Of a DNA stretch of 64,000 nt, positions 24,351 to 38,255 are shown one piece after another (position 1 is the stretch's first letter; every line of letters begins with the position of its first letter). Location: the NCBI GenBank assembly GCA_026770705.1, contig JANJGN010000038.1, positions 9,982,001 to 10,046,000 of the forward strand. Direction: 5' to 3'. Under the pieces are notes generated by a model. The model saw nothing but the letters and a program-made list of their open reading frames with translations. It searched no databases and was not told where the DNA came from. This DNA is from Isurus oxyrinchus. Taxonomy: Eukaryota. A program made the translations under genes and the position numbers.

Positions 24351-24899
24351 TTCATCGAGGCCACCCTTAATGCCCTTCTCTATGCAGATATGATAGATGT
24401 GGTCAGTTTATGTCGAGCGCTTTGAAAAGGACGAAGTCCAGGCAGAATCATATTGCATTGGAGATGACCGATGGGGTCAACAGTGTTTACCTGGTGAGGA
24501 GGACTTGGCCCAGTGCCATAAAAGGATCAACAACTTCGTGAGATCTGATGCGGGTAGTTAAATCTCAGCCTTACACACTTGGGGAGGCACAGGTTTGCCT
24601 ATGCCTTCGCTAAGTATTTTGGGTTGTTTCTGACCGTCGTGGTCCAGCCCTGGTCTATTTCCTTCACGGAACTACAGCAACCTGAACCTCCCCGTGTTCT
24701 GTTCTCCATCTCCATCACCCATGTGATTCTCCTCCTCCTATTCCTACTCTCCTCCTCCTCACTGGAGGTTGACTCACCAACTGAGGCAACAATCCCCATC
24801 TGTCTTTGACACTTTTCACCCCAAACCCCTTGTTAGTGGATTGGAAAATATTACATCAAAAGGGCCCTCCGCATTAGAGGAGAGTTCTCCTCATGACAA

Positions 24900-25293
24900 A
24901 TATCCCAAAGGTTTCCCTCTTCACCCAAATGAGCACTTCCTGAAGTCAATAGAATTTGAACTGTAAAGCTGAGGCGCTGCAGCTTTAAAACCCGCCCAAA
25001 CAAGCATCACCTTAAAAAGAAAAGTTTTCCCAACTGTGCAAAGCCTGGCCCTGAAAGCATAAAATTGCCTCCTGACCGCATTATAGCAGTGAGATGGGTA
25101 GTTAACAGCTGAATTGTCTTTTACATTCATATTTCAGTGATGCGGGTGGGGTCCCGAATTTTGACCCGCCGGGTGCAGTGTTCCCGGAAACCGGCTCGGT
25201 GATGTCATAAACTGTGTCAGACGTCATCGCGCCCCATCATATGATCAATCAAGCAATAAACGCCTCCAATCTGGGAGCGTAAAATACAGCCCC
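24900..25293. mobile_element. Possible DNA transposon (PIF/Harbinger-like) terminal region
   Basis: CpG-rich segment ending in gtaaaatacagccc, a terminus resembling the TIRs of the MITE at 58173-58304; the other end was not found. Confidence 0.35.
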
Positions 25294-25729
25294 CTCAGCG
25301 GCGGTGCAGAGGAGCTTATGCCGCCCCAAGGGTTTTCAGGCACAGATGTATCTACCTGCAACTGATCTCATGACGCCTTTGAGCTTTTTGTTGTACTGGG
25401 GCAAGTTCTCATTGCCACGTTAGCACCGTTGACCTCGTGGACCACGAGTCTGCCTGGGCTTCCCGTCTTCCCACCGCTGGGCATGAGCCGATCACCTCGA
25501 TCACATGCTACATGCAGGTGGGGACCGAGACCGGCCTCATCGAACCTGGAGGAAGCTTTTCCCTTGATAAAACACCATTTCCCTCGCTCCGATGGCGCAG
25601 ACAACTACGTATGGAAATATGCAATAAATGTTGACAGATCATTGACAGAAAGTGAGAGACTTATTGATGTTTTAAAATTCTGCCACCTATGCAGATTTAG
25701 ACGATTGGCAGAGATTAGCCAAAATTTAA

Positions 25730-27375
25730 TATGAGAACTGAAAAAGCTGGAAACTCTCTGTACGTCTGGTAGCAATAGTGAAGAGAGAAATAGTGTTAAC
25801 ATTTGGGGTCCGTATGACTCTTCTTCAGAGGTGAAGAGAGGTAGAAATGTGCTTGTTTCCACTGCGGAAGAGAGGGGCGGGGCAGGTGGAGCAAAATAGA
25901 AGGTCAGGGATAGCTGGGAGCTCAGACGAGAAATGACAAAATGCCATGCACACAACACATACAGGTGCAGCAAACAGATAGGAAGGCTAATGGAATGTCG
26001 GCCTTTACCTTAAGAGAATTTGAGTGCAGAAGTATTGAAGTCTTGCTTCAATTGTATAGAAGCTTGGTTAGACCGCAACTAGAGTGCTGTGGGCAGTTTT
26101 GGTCTGCTTACCTTAGGATGGGTATTATTGCCATAGAGGGAGTGCAACGAAGATTCGCCAGGCTTCCTCCTGGGTTTGGGGAACTGTCTGATGAAGAGAG
26201 GTTGAGGAAACTGGGCTTGTATTCTCTAGAGTTTCGAAGAAAGAGAGGTGATTTCATTGAAACCTACAAAATTCTTAAATGTATAGACAGGGTTGATGCA
26301 GATAAGATTTTTCCCTGGTTGTTGAGTGTAGAAACAGCGGTCACAAATTCGAAATTAGGGGGATGCCACTTAGGATCGAGATGAGGGAAAATTTCTTTGT
26401 TCAGAGGGTTGTAAATCTTTGGATTTCTCTACCCCAGCGGGTCGTGAAACCCTAGCAATTCCATATGCTTAAGGTAGAGATTGACAGATTTCTCATTAAT
26501 AATAACATAAAGTGTTGTGGAGATAGTGTGGGTAAAAGCCATTGAACTGTTCGGTCAACCATGATCGTATTGAATGGCGAAGCAGGCTCGACGGGCTGAA
26601 TGGTCTTTTCCTGTTACTATGTTCCTAAGACAGAGTGGTAATGATAGTGATAAAGTCTAAGGTAGGTGTTAATGCTGATGTAAAGGTCAGATGGCAGAAT
26701 GTGTTACTGACAGGTCAGCGTCTGTGAAAGCAAAGCGAAAAAACAAGTTACAGACTTGCCCTGTGGGAGGATATGGTTGGGGAAAGAAATCAACATGCAG
26801 GTTTGAAGCCATGAACTTAGTGTTAAGTCCAGAAGCCTGTAAAGCACCTAATTGTAAGCCTTATCTTCTGATTAGGCACTTTAAAGGCTCCTGGATTTAA
26901 CATTGAGTTCAACAACTTCAGACCATGCACTCTGCCCTCTATTTTGATACTTTTACCACACCCACCCCCTGCCCTTTTAGAGACGGTTAGAGGGCCGTCT
27001 CTAACATGTTCCTATGTTTTGCTTTCACATAGCACGGAACCTTGTTCTGCTGTTACCACATTCTGCTATCTGACATTTATACCACTATTGGCACCGGCCT
27101 TAGTCTTTAGCACTACCATTGGCTTCTGTACATGGCATCTTTGTCAAATCTCTCTTGTGATCCCCACTATCTCTGGATTCTACTTTGCTCCACCCCCTCG
27201 CTTCAGCAGTGTAAAACCCATCGCGTGTCTACCGCTATTTAGTTCTGAAGAAGAGTCACAGGATCTCAAAACATTCTCTGATTCGACCTCCGCAAATGCT
27301 GCCAGACCTGCTGAGCTTTTTCAAGTATTTTCTGATTTTGTTTTTAAATTTCAGATTTCCAACGTCCACAGTATT
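25730..27375. mobile_element. Old inverted PLE pair with a nested CR1
   Basis: Minus-oriented PLE end 25730-26860 split by a CR1; plus-oriented copy 26860-27375 encoding LIF*LGTLKAPGFNIEFNNFR; CTGAAGA hammerhead cores at 25822-25828 (-) and 27245-27251 (+). Confidence 0.7.
25960..26625 (+). mobile_element. CR1 LINE 3' part inserted in the PLE
   Basis: ORF 25941-26384 (VLLQLYRSLVRPQLECCGQFW...LGLYSLEFRRKRGDFIETYKIL) is the CR1 ORF2 C-terminus. Confidence 0.9.
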
Positions 27376-28869
27376 TCACTTTTACTTTAGCCATAAATTA
27401 AATTGGCTTATCTGTCCAGACTGGAAAATGCACAAATCGTCATCAGATACAAAAGATGCACTCGGGAGACCATCCGATGGTTTACCTGACACTGATCCGT
27501 GCCAAGGGGCCCTTCAGCGTGTTGGACCTTACTTTATTTTGAGTCATGATCTGCAGCCTCAGAGACCGGACATGCCTCCCTTCACCTCTCATTTGGCAGG
27601 ATGACGCTCTGTAACCCGTCCTGGGCGCTAACTGGTTGCAGTTACCATGCTATTATGTGTGCGCTGATGGCGATTCTGGAAGTTGAAACACAGCTGAACA
27701 CAGCGTGCAGAACCTTCCACTGACGTGCAACAGTAATATGCAGTCAATTGTGTCAGTAAGTCTCTCTTTAAAAGTGCTCAAGTAGCCATCCAATCAATGT
27801 AGTGCAGCAGTGTATACCTAAGTTCACAATTAACACCCGGTAGGCAATCTGCGGCTTTGTCTATGTTATGCATGAATTCACATCACCTTGGATACAGGTT
27901 CTATCCAACACCCTTGTAAAACTCAGAGACCAAAGTACACTTTTAGTAGCCTTCACCATCCGCGTTCCACGAGCAGCATTCCATTGATAAAAAGCAGCTG
28001 ACAGGCCCATCACCTGAATGTGCTGGGTTGCTTTGGATGGACGCTATCCTGAAGTCACACAAACCAACAGGCTGAGGTGCCTCAAGATTCCAGGTTTGTA
28101 CCATTGACTTCAGCAGAACCTTGGGCACATCACTTTGCAACTGATGGACAAGAGAGATGCAATTTTGGCGATACACTGGTCCTACTTAAAGATCCAAGGA
28201 GCTTAATTTCTGGTAAGGCATTTCCCCCCGAAACTCTTCAGTGCCTTTTGAAGGATTCGGAATTGTTTTTTAAGGGAGGTTGGTGATTTTGTGTGGATGT
28301 GTTGTACTTCATAAAGGTTGCATGAAATTTGGGTTCAACGGCAGAAGAACCATTAAGATTACAGCAAAACTGGTAGGACGTAACAGCGATAGAGGAGAGG
28401 GAAGGCTCTGTTCAATACTCTCTTACAAATTTGAATTTGACACCTCCGCTCTTTTCACTGATGGGAAGCAAGCTAAAGCATCGAGCATACCGATGTGTCC
28501 TTAGGTTTGTGATTTGCTCCATAACGTCCCCTCCAGTTCCTTGACTTGGCGCTCTGCAACAGAAGGTGTATGGTTTGTTTTGGGGCAGCCCCCTGTTAGC
28601 AGAAACACCACACGTGTTGCCACTGCAAAAGAGCAGTGCTGAAAAACGCTAATCAGAAAATTGAATATTGTTTGTTTTCCTTATTTCCCAGATATTCTAA
28701 TGCGTGGAATAATTATAACCTCCTGTGAATTTCATTCTTCCCTCATTACTTACGTCAAACGTATATTGTTTTATTCATTGTCGTATGTTCTCGTCCCTTA
28801 ATAATCATGCGATACGTTTTGCCTTTTACCATGATGACATCCAATCCAATCAATGACATCCAATCAATG

Positions 28870-30540
28870 TAGTCCTAGTCTCTCCTATTAAGGGAAACAT
28901 CTTCCCCACTTCCACTCTTTCCAGGCCTTTTAGTATTCTGTAAGTTTCAATCAGATCCCCCCACATCCTTATCAACTCCATCGAGTATAGACCCAGAGTC
29001 CTGAATCATTCCTCATATGTTAAGCCTTTCATTCCTGTGATCGTTCTCTTGAACCTCCTCTGGACCCTCTCCAGGACCAGAACATCCTTTCCTGAGATAC
29101 GGGTCCAACATTGCTCACAATATTCTAAATGTGGTCTGACCAGAGCCTTATGAAGCCTCAGCAGCACATTCCTGCTTTTATATTCTAGTCCTCTCGAAAT
29201 AAATGCCAACATTGCATTTGCCTTTCCAACTACCGACTCAACCTGCAAGATAACCTTAAGAGAATCCTGGGCTCGGATTCTCAAGTTCCTTTGCACTCCA
29301 GATTTCTGAATTCTCTCCCCATTTAGAAAATAGTCTATGCCTCTATTCTTCCTACCAAAGTGCATGACCTCACACTTCCCCACCTTGTATTCCATCTGCC
29401 ACTTCTTTGGCCATTCTCCTAACCTGTCCAAATCTTTCTGCAGCCTCCCTTCCTCCTAAATACTACTGTCCCTCCACCTATCTTTGTATCATCTGCAGAC
29501 TTAGCCAGGATGCCCTCAGTTCCCTCATCTAGATCACTAATATATATAAAGTGAAAAGTTGTGGTCCCAACACTGACCCCTGCGGAACTCCACTAGTCAC
29601 CAGCCATCCTGAGAAGGACCCCCTGATCCCCACTCTCTGTCTCCTGCCAGACAGCCAATCTTCTATCCATCCTACTACCTTGCCTCTAACATCATAGGCT
29701 CTTATCTTACTGAGCAGCCTCCTGTGCGGCACCTTGTCAAAGGCCTTCTGGAAGTCCAAGTAGATAACATCCATTGGCTCTCCTTTGTCTAACCTACTCG
29801 TTACCTCCTCAAAGAATTCTAACATATTTGTCTGGCATGTCCTCCCCTTGATGAAACCCTGCTGACTTTGCCCTATTTTACCATGCAATTCGAAGTATTC
29901 TGAAATATCTTGCTTAATAATGGACTCTAAAATCTTACCAACAACCAAGGTCAGGCTAATCGACCTGTAATTTCCCATATTTTGCCTCACTCCCTTCTTA
30001 AACAGGGGGGTTACATTATCGATTTTCCAGCCCTCTGGGACCATCCCTGACTACAGTGATTCCTGAAAGATCACCACTAACGCCTCCACTATCTCTTCAG
30101 CTATCTCCTTCAGAACACTGGGGTGTAATCCATCTGGCCCAGGGGATTTATGCACCTTCAGACCTTTCAGCTTTCCTGGCACCTTCACCTTGGTAATGGC
30201 CACCATACTCACCTCTGTCCCCTGACTCTCTTGAACTTTGGGAATGTTACTTGTGTCTTCCACCATGAATACTGACGCAAAGTACTTATTCAGTTCCTCC
30301 GCCATTTCTTTGTTCCCCACTACTACTTCTCCAGCGTCATTTTCCAGGAGCCCAATGTCAACCTTCTCCTCTCTTTCACCCTTTTTATATCTAAAAAATC
30401 TTTTGTAATTTTTTTTATATTATTGGCTAGTTTACCTTCATATTTAATCTTCTCCCTCCTTATTTCTTTTTTAGTTGTCCTCTGTTGGTCTTTGTAGGCT
30501 TCCCAATCCCCCGGTTTCCCACTGCTCTTCGCCTTTCTCA
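28870..30540 (-). mobile_element. CR1 LINE ORF2 (RT) fragment
   Basis: YLDFQKAFDKVPH, SGVPQGSVLGP and ELNKYFASVF motifs across frameshifted ORFs. Confidence 0.95.
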
Positions 30541-30544
30541 TAAG

Positions 30545-33500
30545 GAAATAATAAATATGAGCAGAAGTAGGCCATTTGGCCCCTCAATCCTTTCCCGCCA
30601 TTCAGTAAATCATGGCTGATCTGTTCAGGCTTCAACTCTTCTTTCGTGCCAGCTCCTCATAGCCATCAACTCCTCGATATTTCAAAAATCTGTCTACCTC
30701 CTGTTTAAATACTTTCAGTGATCTAGCCTCTATAATGCTCTGGCTAAAGAATTACAGACATTCACTTCCCTCTGAGAGAAGAAATTCCTTTGCATCTCTA
30801 TTTTTAATATGTGTCCACTTATTCTGCAATTATGTTCCCTAGTTATAGATTTTCCCACTGGTGGAAATATCTTCTCAACATCAATCCTGTCAAGCCCCCT
30901 CAGAATTGTACAGGTTTCAATAAGATCATCCCGCATTTTTCTAAACTCTGATTAATAAAGGCCTAACGTGTTCAGCCGCTCTAGATAATCAACCCACCCA
31001 TACAAGGAACCGCCCTAGTGAATCTATTTTTAACTGCCTCCAATGCCGGTATATCCTTTCTTAAATACGGGGGCCAAAACTGTGCACAATACTCCAGGTG
31101 CGGCGTCACCAACACCCTGTATAGTTGTAACAAGACTTCCCTATATTTTGGACTCCAACCCCTGATAAATACAGCCAAAATTCTATGTGCCTTTTTAATT
31201 ATTTGCTGCACCTGCATGCTAACTTCTTATGTTTCAATCTCAAGAATACCCAGATCTCTCTGTGCTGCACTTTTTTGGAGTCTCTCTATTTAAACAATAG
31301 TCTGCCTTTCGAAGCATGACCTCGCACTTTACTACATTAAACTCCATCTGTGAGGTCTTTGCCCACTCAGTCAGCCTATCTGGAAACCCCTTGCAGATTC
31401 AGTCTGTCCTCATCACAACATGCCTTCACACTATTTTTGTATCATCAACAAATTTGGGTACATTCACTCTTGCCCCTCCTCCGAATAATTAATATAGAAA
31501 GTAAATACTTGGGGCTCTAGAACTGATCATTGTGGCACTCCACTAGTTTCATATTTCCAACAGTAAAAATACCCAATAATCCCAACTCTCTGTCTTCTGT
31601 GTGTTAACCAATCCTCGATCCATGCTAACATATTACCTCCCAATATCGTAGACTCCTATCATGTGAAATAACCCGTTATTTGGCACCTTATTGAATGCGT
31701 TCTGGAAATCCAAATACAGCACATCTACTGGTTCCCTTTTATCAATCCTGCTTTCTTTATCCTCAAAGAACTCTCTCAAATTTGTCAAACATGATTTCCC
31801 TTTCACAAAACCATGTTAACTCTGTTTAACTGCATTAAGCTTTTCTAAATGCTCTGCTATTTCTTCCTTAATAATAGACTCAAGCTTTTCTCAATGACAG
31901 ATGTCAGGCTGACTGGCATATTGCATTTGGCTTTTTGTCTCCCTCTCCTTTTGAACAGGGGCATCACATTAGCAGTTTTCCAAACCACTGGGACCCTCCC
32001 AGAATCCAGTGAGTTTTGGAATATTTCGACCGATGCCTCCAGTATTTCTGCAACTGCTTCCTTTAAAACCTTTGGATGCAGGCCATCAGGTCCTGGCGAC
32101 TTGTTTGCCTTTAGGCCCATTAGTTTGTCAAATGCGTTTTCCTTCCTGATAGAGACTTACAAAATCATTCCTTCCATTAGCTCCTCGATTGTCTGATATA
32201 TTTTGGATGTTTATCGTGCCCTCCACAATGAAGACCGAAGCAAAATATTGATTTAAATTACATGCGATTTCCATATTCCTCGTTATCAACTCTTCAATCG
32301 TATCCTCCAAGAGTCCCACTCTCACTTAAGTGAAACTTTCTCTTTATATACCTGTAGAAATTCTTGCTGTTTGTTTTTATAATTCTTGCCAAATTAGTTT
32401 CATAATCAATTGTCTCTCTCTTCATTATCTTTTTAGCAATCTGTTCTTGGCTTCCAAAAAAATTCCAATCCCCTCACCTACCACTAGTTTTCACCAATTT
32501 GGACGCCCTAGGTTTTGACTCGATGCTCTCTTTGACCACCTTTGTTAACCGTGGGTGGTTCATCCTTCTCAAGTCCTTTTTTTTTGCCAGGGATAATTCT
32601 TTGTTGAACGTTATGAAATATGAGCTTTAATGTTTGCCACTGCTCATCCACTGACCTTCCCCTTAGCCTATTTTCCCAGCCCTCTTTAGACAACTCGTCT
32701 TCATACCTCTGTAATTCTCCTTATTTAGAAAGTCGAAGTCCCTTGAATATTGGGTTCCCAATCCTGGACAGGTTGCAACTACATCTCTGTAATAGCTATC
32801 AAATCATATTCATTTATTTCTATTTGTGCTTTCAACTCAGCTATCTTGTTATAAATGCTGCAGGAATCCAGCTAAAGAGCCTTTTGCTTTGACTTCTCAC
32901 CATTATTGCCCATTCTGGTTCTGATTTCTGCTGCACTCTTCTGCTTATATTTTCTGCCCTTTCTTGTTACACTTTGATTATCGTTCACCTCTTCACTGCT
33001 CTATACCTCTGCTGTCTCGTTTATTTTTGATTTTTAAACTTCTCTTCAATTGATCCATACCCTACCCCCACCCCTCCTAATGATTGGTTTAATATCCCAT
33101 CAACAAACCTAGTTATGAGATTTTCCAGGGCAATGGTCCCAATATGGTTCAAACGAAGCCCATCCCAACGGTACAGCTCTCTTCTTCACCTGTACTGGTA
33201 CCAATACCCTAATCAATTGGAAACCATTTCTCCCTCGCCAATCTTTGAGCCACTCACTTATCTCTCTAATCTTTTTTTATCCAACGCTAATTTTCACGTG
33301 GCTCAGGTAGTGATCCGAATGTTATTTCTTCTGTGGTGCTGCTTTTTAATTTAGCCCCTATCTGCTCGTAGCCCCTCAGCAGCTCTATCTTAGTGCGACC
33401 TATATCTTTGGTTCCTACGTAGACCACGACAACTGGATCCTTCGCCTTCCACTCTAAGTTCCTCTCAGTCCAAAGGAGATGTCCTTAACCTTGGCACCAG

Positions 33501-34220
33501 GGAGGCAACAGAGCAAGCTTTCAGGGCGTTCTGTCTTTACTGCAGAGAACAGTATCTATTCCCATAGCTATGCTATTCCCTATCAATAGCTATTTTCTCT
33601 TTCCTCACTGCACATAAAAAGCGTTCTGTACCACGATGTTGTGGGGTCTGTTCGCTCATCCTCAATGCAGTTTGTGCCCACGTCCACAGTGGGAGCAAGA
33701 ACCTTTTACCTCTTGGACAAGGGACTGGCTGAAGCTCCTCCAGAGCTAGATTGTGGATCCCTGAACCTGCCCCGTATGCAGCCACGCCCTCCAGTCTCTT
33801 ACCACGGTCCAGATTTAAAGTAATTAATCTAAGAGGTGTGACTGCCTCCTGAAGCACAGTATCGAGGTAAAACTCCCGCTCCCAGGTGTGTCACAGTGTC
33901 TGCAGCTCAGACTCCAGCTCATCAACTCTGTGCTGAAGTTCCTCGAGCAGCCAACATTTATTACAGATGCAGTCACCGGGCATCATACCAGCGACCACCA
34001 ATCGCCCATACTATAGCTGCAACACATCGACTGCCCAGCCAACCCTATTCTATTCAATTAATTAATTTGGATGTTAACTATTTTAAAAGTAAATTTCTAA
34101 ACTTTACTCTTCAGCTCTTGTAACATTTAAAATATTTGGCCAATCAAACCACACATTGGAGGAATTCCCACCAATCACATACCTCTTTTCCTTTGATGTC
34201 ACACTTCGGCTCTGACAGGA
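30545..34220 (-). mobile_element. Internally deleted long CR1 LINE (ORF1 remnant plus ORF2)
   Basis: KSPGPDGLHPKVLKE, LNQYFASVF and HLEYCAQFWPPYL motifs; 33100-34050 parallels the ORF1 region of 61900-62900. Confidence 0.9.
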
Positions 34221-34225
34221 AGGAA

Positions 34226-34447
34226 TAGGTCCTCCTTTCACATTCCCCTCTAGGTGTTGCAGACTGCCTGTCGCAGGGTCTTCCTCTCACACTCTCCTTT
34301 AACTTCTGCTGACTGCTTGTCACAATAACCTCCTTTCGCACTCTCCTCAAGGTTCTGCTGACTGCCTGCCTCAGGGTCCACCTCTCACACTGACCTGTAG
34401 GTGCTACTGAATGCCTGTCCCAGCGTCTTCCTCTCGCACTCCCCTCT
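34226..34447. repeat. 49-bp minisatellite, ~4.5 copies
   Basis: gactgc starts at 34262, 34311 and 34360 (period 49). Confidence 0.8.
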
Positions 34448-36244
34448 GAGAGACTTAACTAATCCCTTCCACTAGTTACATTCCTATTAAATGTATGCAC
34501 ACAAGACAGTGACACAGCTGTGTGGGTGCGTGTCGGTGCTTAGTAAAAGGGGTACAGTGCATGGAACAATAAGCATTCCAATTTCAGAGCGTATTCTACC
34601 CTCGTGATCCAATCTCTACTCAGGCGGGATATTGAGATTCCTTCATTTGACAATTAGAATTCGTATACAATGAGAGATGAGAGGCCAGACTCTCTCACCC
34701 ATATTACTCTAGTGATAGTGCGGCGCCCGTGAGCTGTGAGAATGAACCAGGTTTGGGTCACAACTGGTAAAAGAACCAGAAACTGACCGAGAACACACTG
34801 CAAAGCTGAAATATGTGGTGATAGTTCCTTATACAATTTTAAAATTACACAAGGGGCAAAAATTGTGAAGAGAGTGAGTTTGTACCTGCGAAAAGAGGCC
34901 AGTTGTTACATAGAGCTGGAGAACAAACAAATCAGTTATTATGTGCCATTCGTGTAGGATTTACCTTTCTCATAATTTAAATAACTTAAAAATTAAACTG
35001 AGTAGATATTTCACCCTATTTATTAACTCCTCTCTGAATTTACTCTGGCTCCCGGCAGAAATAAAAGGATTGATGCAGGAACTGAAAAGTTTCAAGATAA
35101 ATCCACTTTCCTCCAGAATGAAATTTGATTCATTGAAATTGGAACCAGAGAAATAAGTAACTCTCGCAATTCTGGTGTAGAGGAAGATTATAAAAGTTAA
35201 CAAATATAATGTGATGAAGTTGCCTGAAATGGTGAAGAGTAAAACAATGGACGTTCTCCTCTTCTCCATTTCTGGGTCACACTGATTCTCTCCATTGCTC
35301 TGGGCTCGGAGTCTCCTGCGGGCCCGACTGACCGCAAGAATGTGCTTGACAGTCAGAGCATTGAGAAATAAAATCAGAATGGACGGGAGACAAGGGTTAA
35401 AAATGTGAAGAATCCAGTCATATGTCACCCAAGAAGGTGATGTATAAAATATGCCTTTTATGCTGCAGAACCAGGGTACATTGTGAATTGTGTGCGAAGT
35501 TTCATAAATAAAATACAAGAAGGAAGTTATAAAACAGCTGATTGCACAGACTGTTCTGATAACCAGCGCTGCCGCCTTCTCGGTGCAATATTTTATTTTC
35601 AACTTTTGACAACAAATGGCCACAAATCTATAAAAGGTGATAGCGAACGTTAACAGTGCTGAACAGCCTAAGGCTGCATAGTTGAAGATAGAACGGAGAC
35701 TGCAGAGCGGTCTGATGGCCAGAAACTAAATGAGAAATAAATACCAGTGATCCGGTTTAATATCACAGAATTGATAATGACCATGAGGTCCGACACGGCC
35801 ATAGAAACTAAATAGTAATTGATGCACCTGGAGAGACCGCATCTTCCTCGAGACAGGATCATAGTCACTGCCAAGTTAGCTGTAAGAGAGAGTGAGAGAA
35901 ATTGAGTGAGAGAGAGTGTCTTTATCAATTCTTGGAAACAGCAACGCTATTGGTTGAAACACAAAATGATATTCATTTTACTGGTTTCTGTGTCAAATAT
36001 CCTGCTTTGCAGTTGATGCTGTTTAGAAATTGTCCTTTATGCGACAGGAACGTCTCCTGTGATTAAAATGATAAATTATGTTTCGTTTTAAAGTAGGAAA
36101 GGGCAAATACCTAATAAATATAAAATAATGCATTGAAACATGGAGAACCAAAAACCAGTCACAAACACCTTGTATCAAACGTGGGAACGCCACACAGAGA
36201 AAGGAAATGGCATAAATAACGTTTTAAAGGTGTTAGGAATATGG

Positions 36245-37270
36245 AGAAATATAGAAACGAGGAGCAGGAGTAAGTCATTGCGGCAGTTGAGCCTGCTCCG
36301 CCATTCAATATGATCACAGCTGATCCCCTATCTCAATGCTGTACTCCTGCGCTGGCCCTATACCCCTTAGCATCTTTAGAGCCCAGAGATCTACCATTTA
36401 CCTTCTTATATATATTCAAAAACCTGGGCTCCACAGCTCTCTGTGGCAGAGAATTCCATATGTTCACCACCCTTTGATTGAAGAAATTTCTCCTCTTCTC
36501 AGTTCTAAATTGTCTATCCCATACCCTGAGACTTTGACCCCTTGTTCTAGACTCCCCAATCAGAGGAACTATCATACATGCATCCCGTCTATCCATCCCT
36601 GTCAGAACTTTATATGTTTCTATGAGATTTCCTCTCATTCCTCTGATTTCCAACGAGTACAGGCCTATTCGGACCAAGCTCTCCTTATACGACAATCCTG
36701 CCATCCCAGGAATCACTCTGGTGAACGTTCGTTGCACTCTCTCTATGGCAAATATACCCTTTGCCAGGTAAGGAGACCAAAACTACAAACAATTATCCAG
36801 GTGTAGTATCACCAAGGCCCTGTACAGCTGCAGTAAGACATCCTTGCTCTTGTCCTCAAGCCCTCTCGCAATGAAGGCCAACATACCATTTGCCTTCTTA
36901 ATTGCTTGTTGCATTTGCATGTTTGCTTTCAGTGATTAGTGTGCAAGGACACCCAGACCCCTTTGTACATTAATATTTCCGAGTCTATTACCATTTAAAT
37001 AATTCCCTGTCGTTCTGTGTTTCCTACAAAAGTGGATAACTTCACAGTTATCGACGTTATACTGCATATGGCAATTATTTTCCCACTCAGCCAACCTGTC
37101 AAGGTCGCCTTGAAGCCTTTTAATAATCTCCTCATCGCTCACATTCCCACCGAGTTTCGTGTCGTCAGCAAACTTGTAAATATTAATTTGGGTTCCACAT
37201 CCAAATCATTGATATATATTCTGACTAGCTGGGGCACAAATACTGATCCCTGTGATACTCCGCGAGTGAT
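36245..37270 (-). mobile_element. CR1 LINE 3' part in the GPCR intron
   Basis: ORFs 36333-36737 and 36936-37142 are CR1 ORF2 (LQGDLDRLAEW, LYSLEIRGMRGNLIETYK). Confidence 0.9.
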
Positions 37271-37764
37271 ATTTAAATAATTGAAGAAAGAGACCGCAAA
37301 AGATAAACTAACAAGAAGTTCAGACCAAAACGTATTTTTACAACGTATTATGTCCAGCTGGGTTCGAGAGGCGGCCTCACTCTGTGAATTACTGTAAAAT
37401 GGCTCACTATTGGAAAGCTCCTCAGCCTAGCTGTATAAAAATGATCCTCAGATAGAAAGCCACGATAGGGCAATTCATAGTTTCAGACTATTAGAGATTT
37501 TGACGAGCCGCAATAATAATTCCCACCGCCTCTCCTGGCAGTTGCCTGGGATCTCCGTGGTCGACACGGACCCCCAGAGCTGGCAGATGATAAGGTCTCT
37601 TCCCGTTAAAGACCCCTTCAAGAATGTAACTCCACTTTCGTGCTGCACTGTACTGTCAGGATAAATTTCGTGATATTGCAATTAAAACTTTTGTATCAGA
37701 TGCGAGAAGTGCCAGCAATTATGTCGGCACAAAATATAGGGAGGAAAGATTGAAGGAGTCGTCG

Positions 37765-38255
37765 CCACATTACCAGAAGGATATGGAGGCGTTGGAGAGG
37801 GTGCAGAGGAAGTTTCCCTGGATGCTGCCTGGTCTGGAGGTTATTAGCTTTGAGGAGAGGTTGGAGAAACTCGGATTGTTCTCACTAGAGCGACTGAGAT
37901 TGAGGGGCGATTTGATAGAAGTTTACAAAATTATGAGTGGCATGGACAGAGTAGATAGTCAGAAGCTTTTTCCCAGTGTGAAAGAGTCAGTTACTAGGGG
38001 ACATAGATTGAAGGTGAGAGGAGAAAACTATCAAGGTGATGTGCGGGGCAAGTTCTTTATGCAGAGGGTAGTGAATGTCTGGAATTCGCTGCCAGAGGAG
38101 GTGGTGGAAGCAGGTACGATAGTGGTGTTTAAGAGGCGGCTTGACAAATACATGAAGAGGATGGGAATAGAGGGCTATGGACCCCGGAAGTGCAAAATGT
38201 TTTAGTTGCGGGCAATATAATCGGCGAAGTTCCCGATCCTGGGCTGTACTTTTCT
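37765..38255 (+). mobile_element. CR1 LINE 3' end
   Basis: ORF 37750-38205 (ALERVQRKF...LGLFSLERLRLRGDLIEVYKIM). Confidence 0.9.

Noticed and set aside
27430-28600. Harbinger transposase remnant
   Set aside because: I could not recover convincing transposase motifs in the frames I examined.
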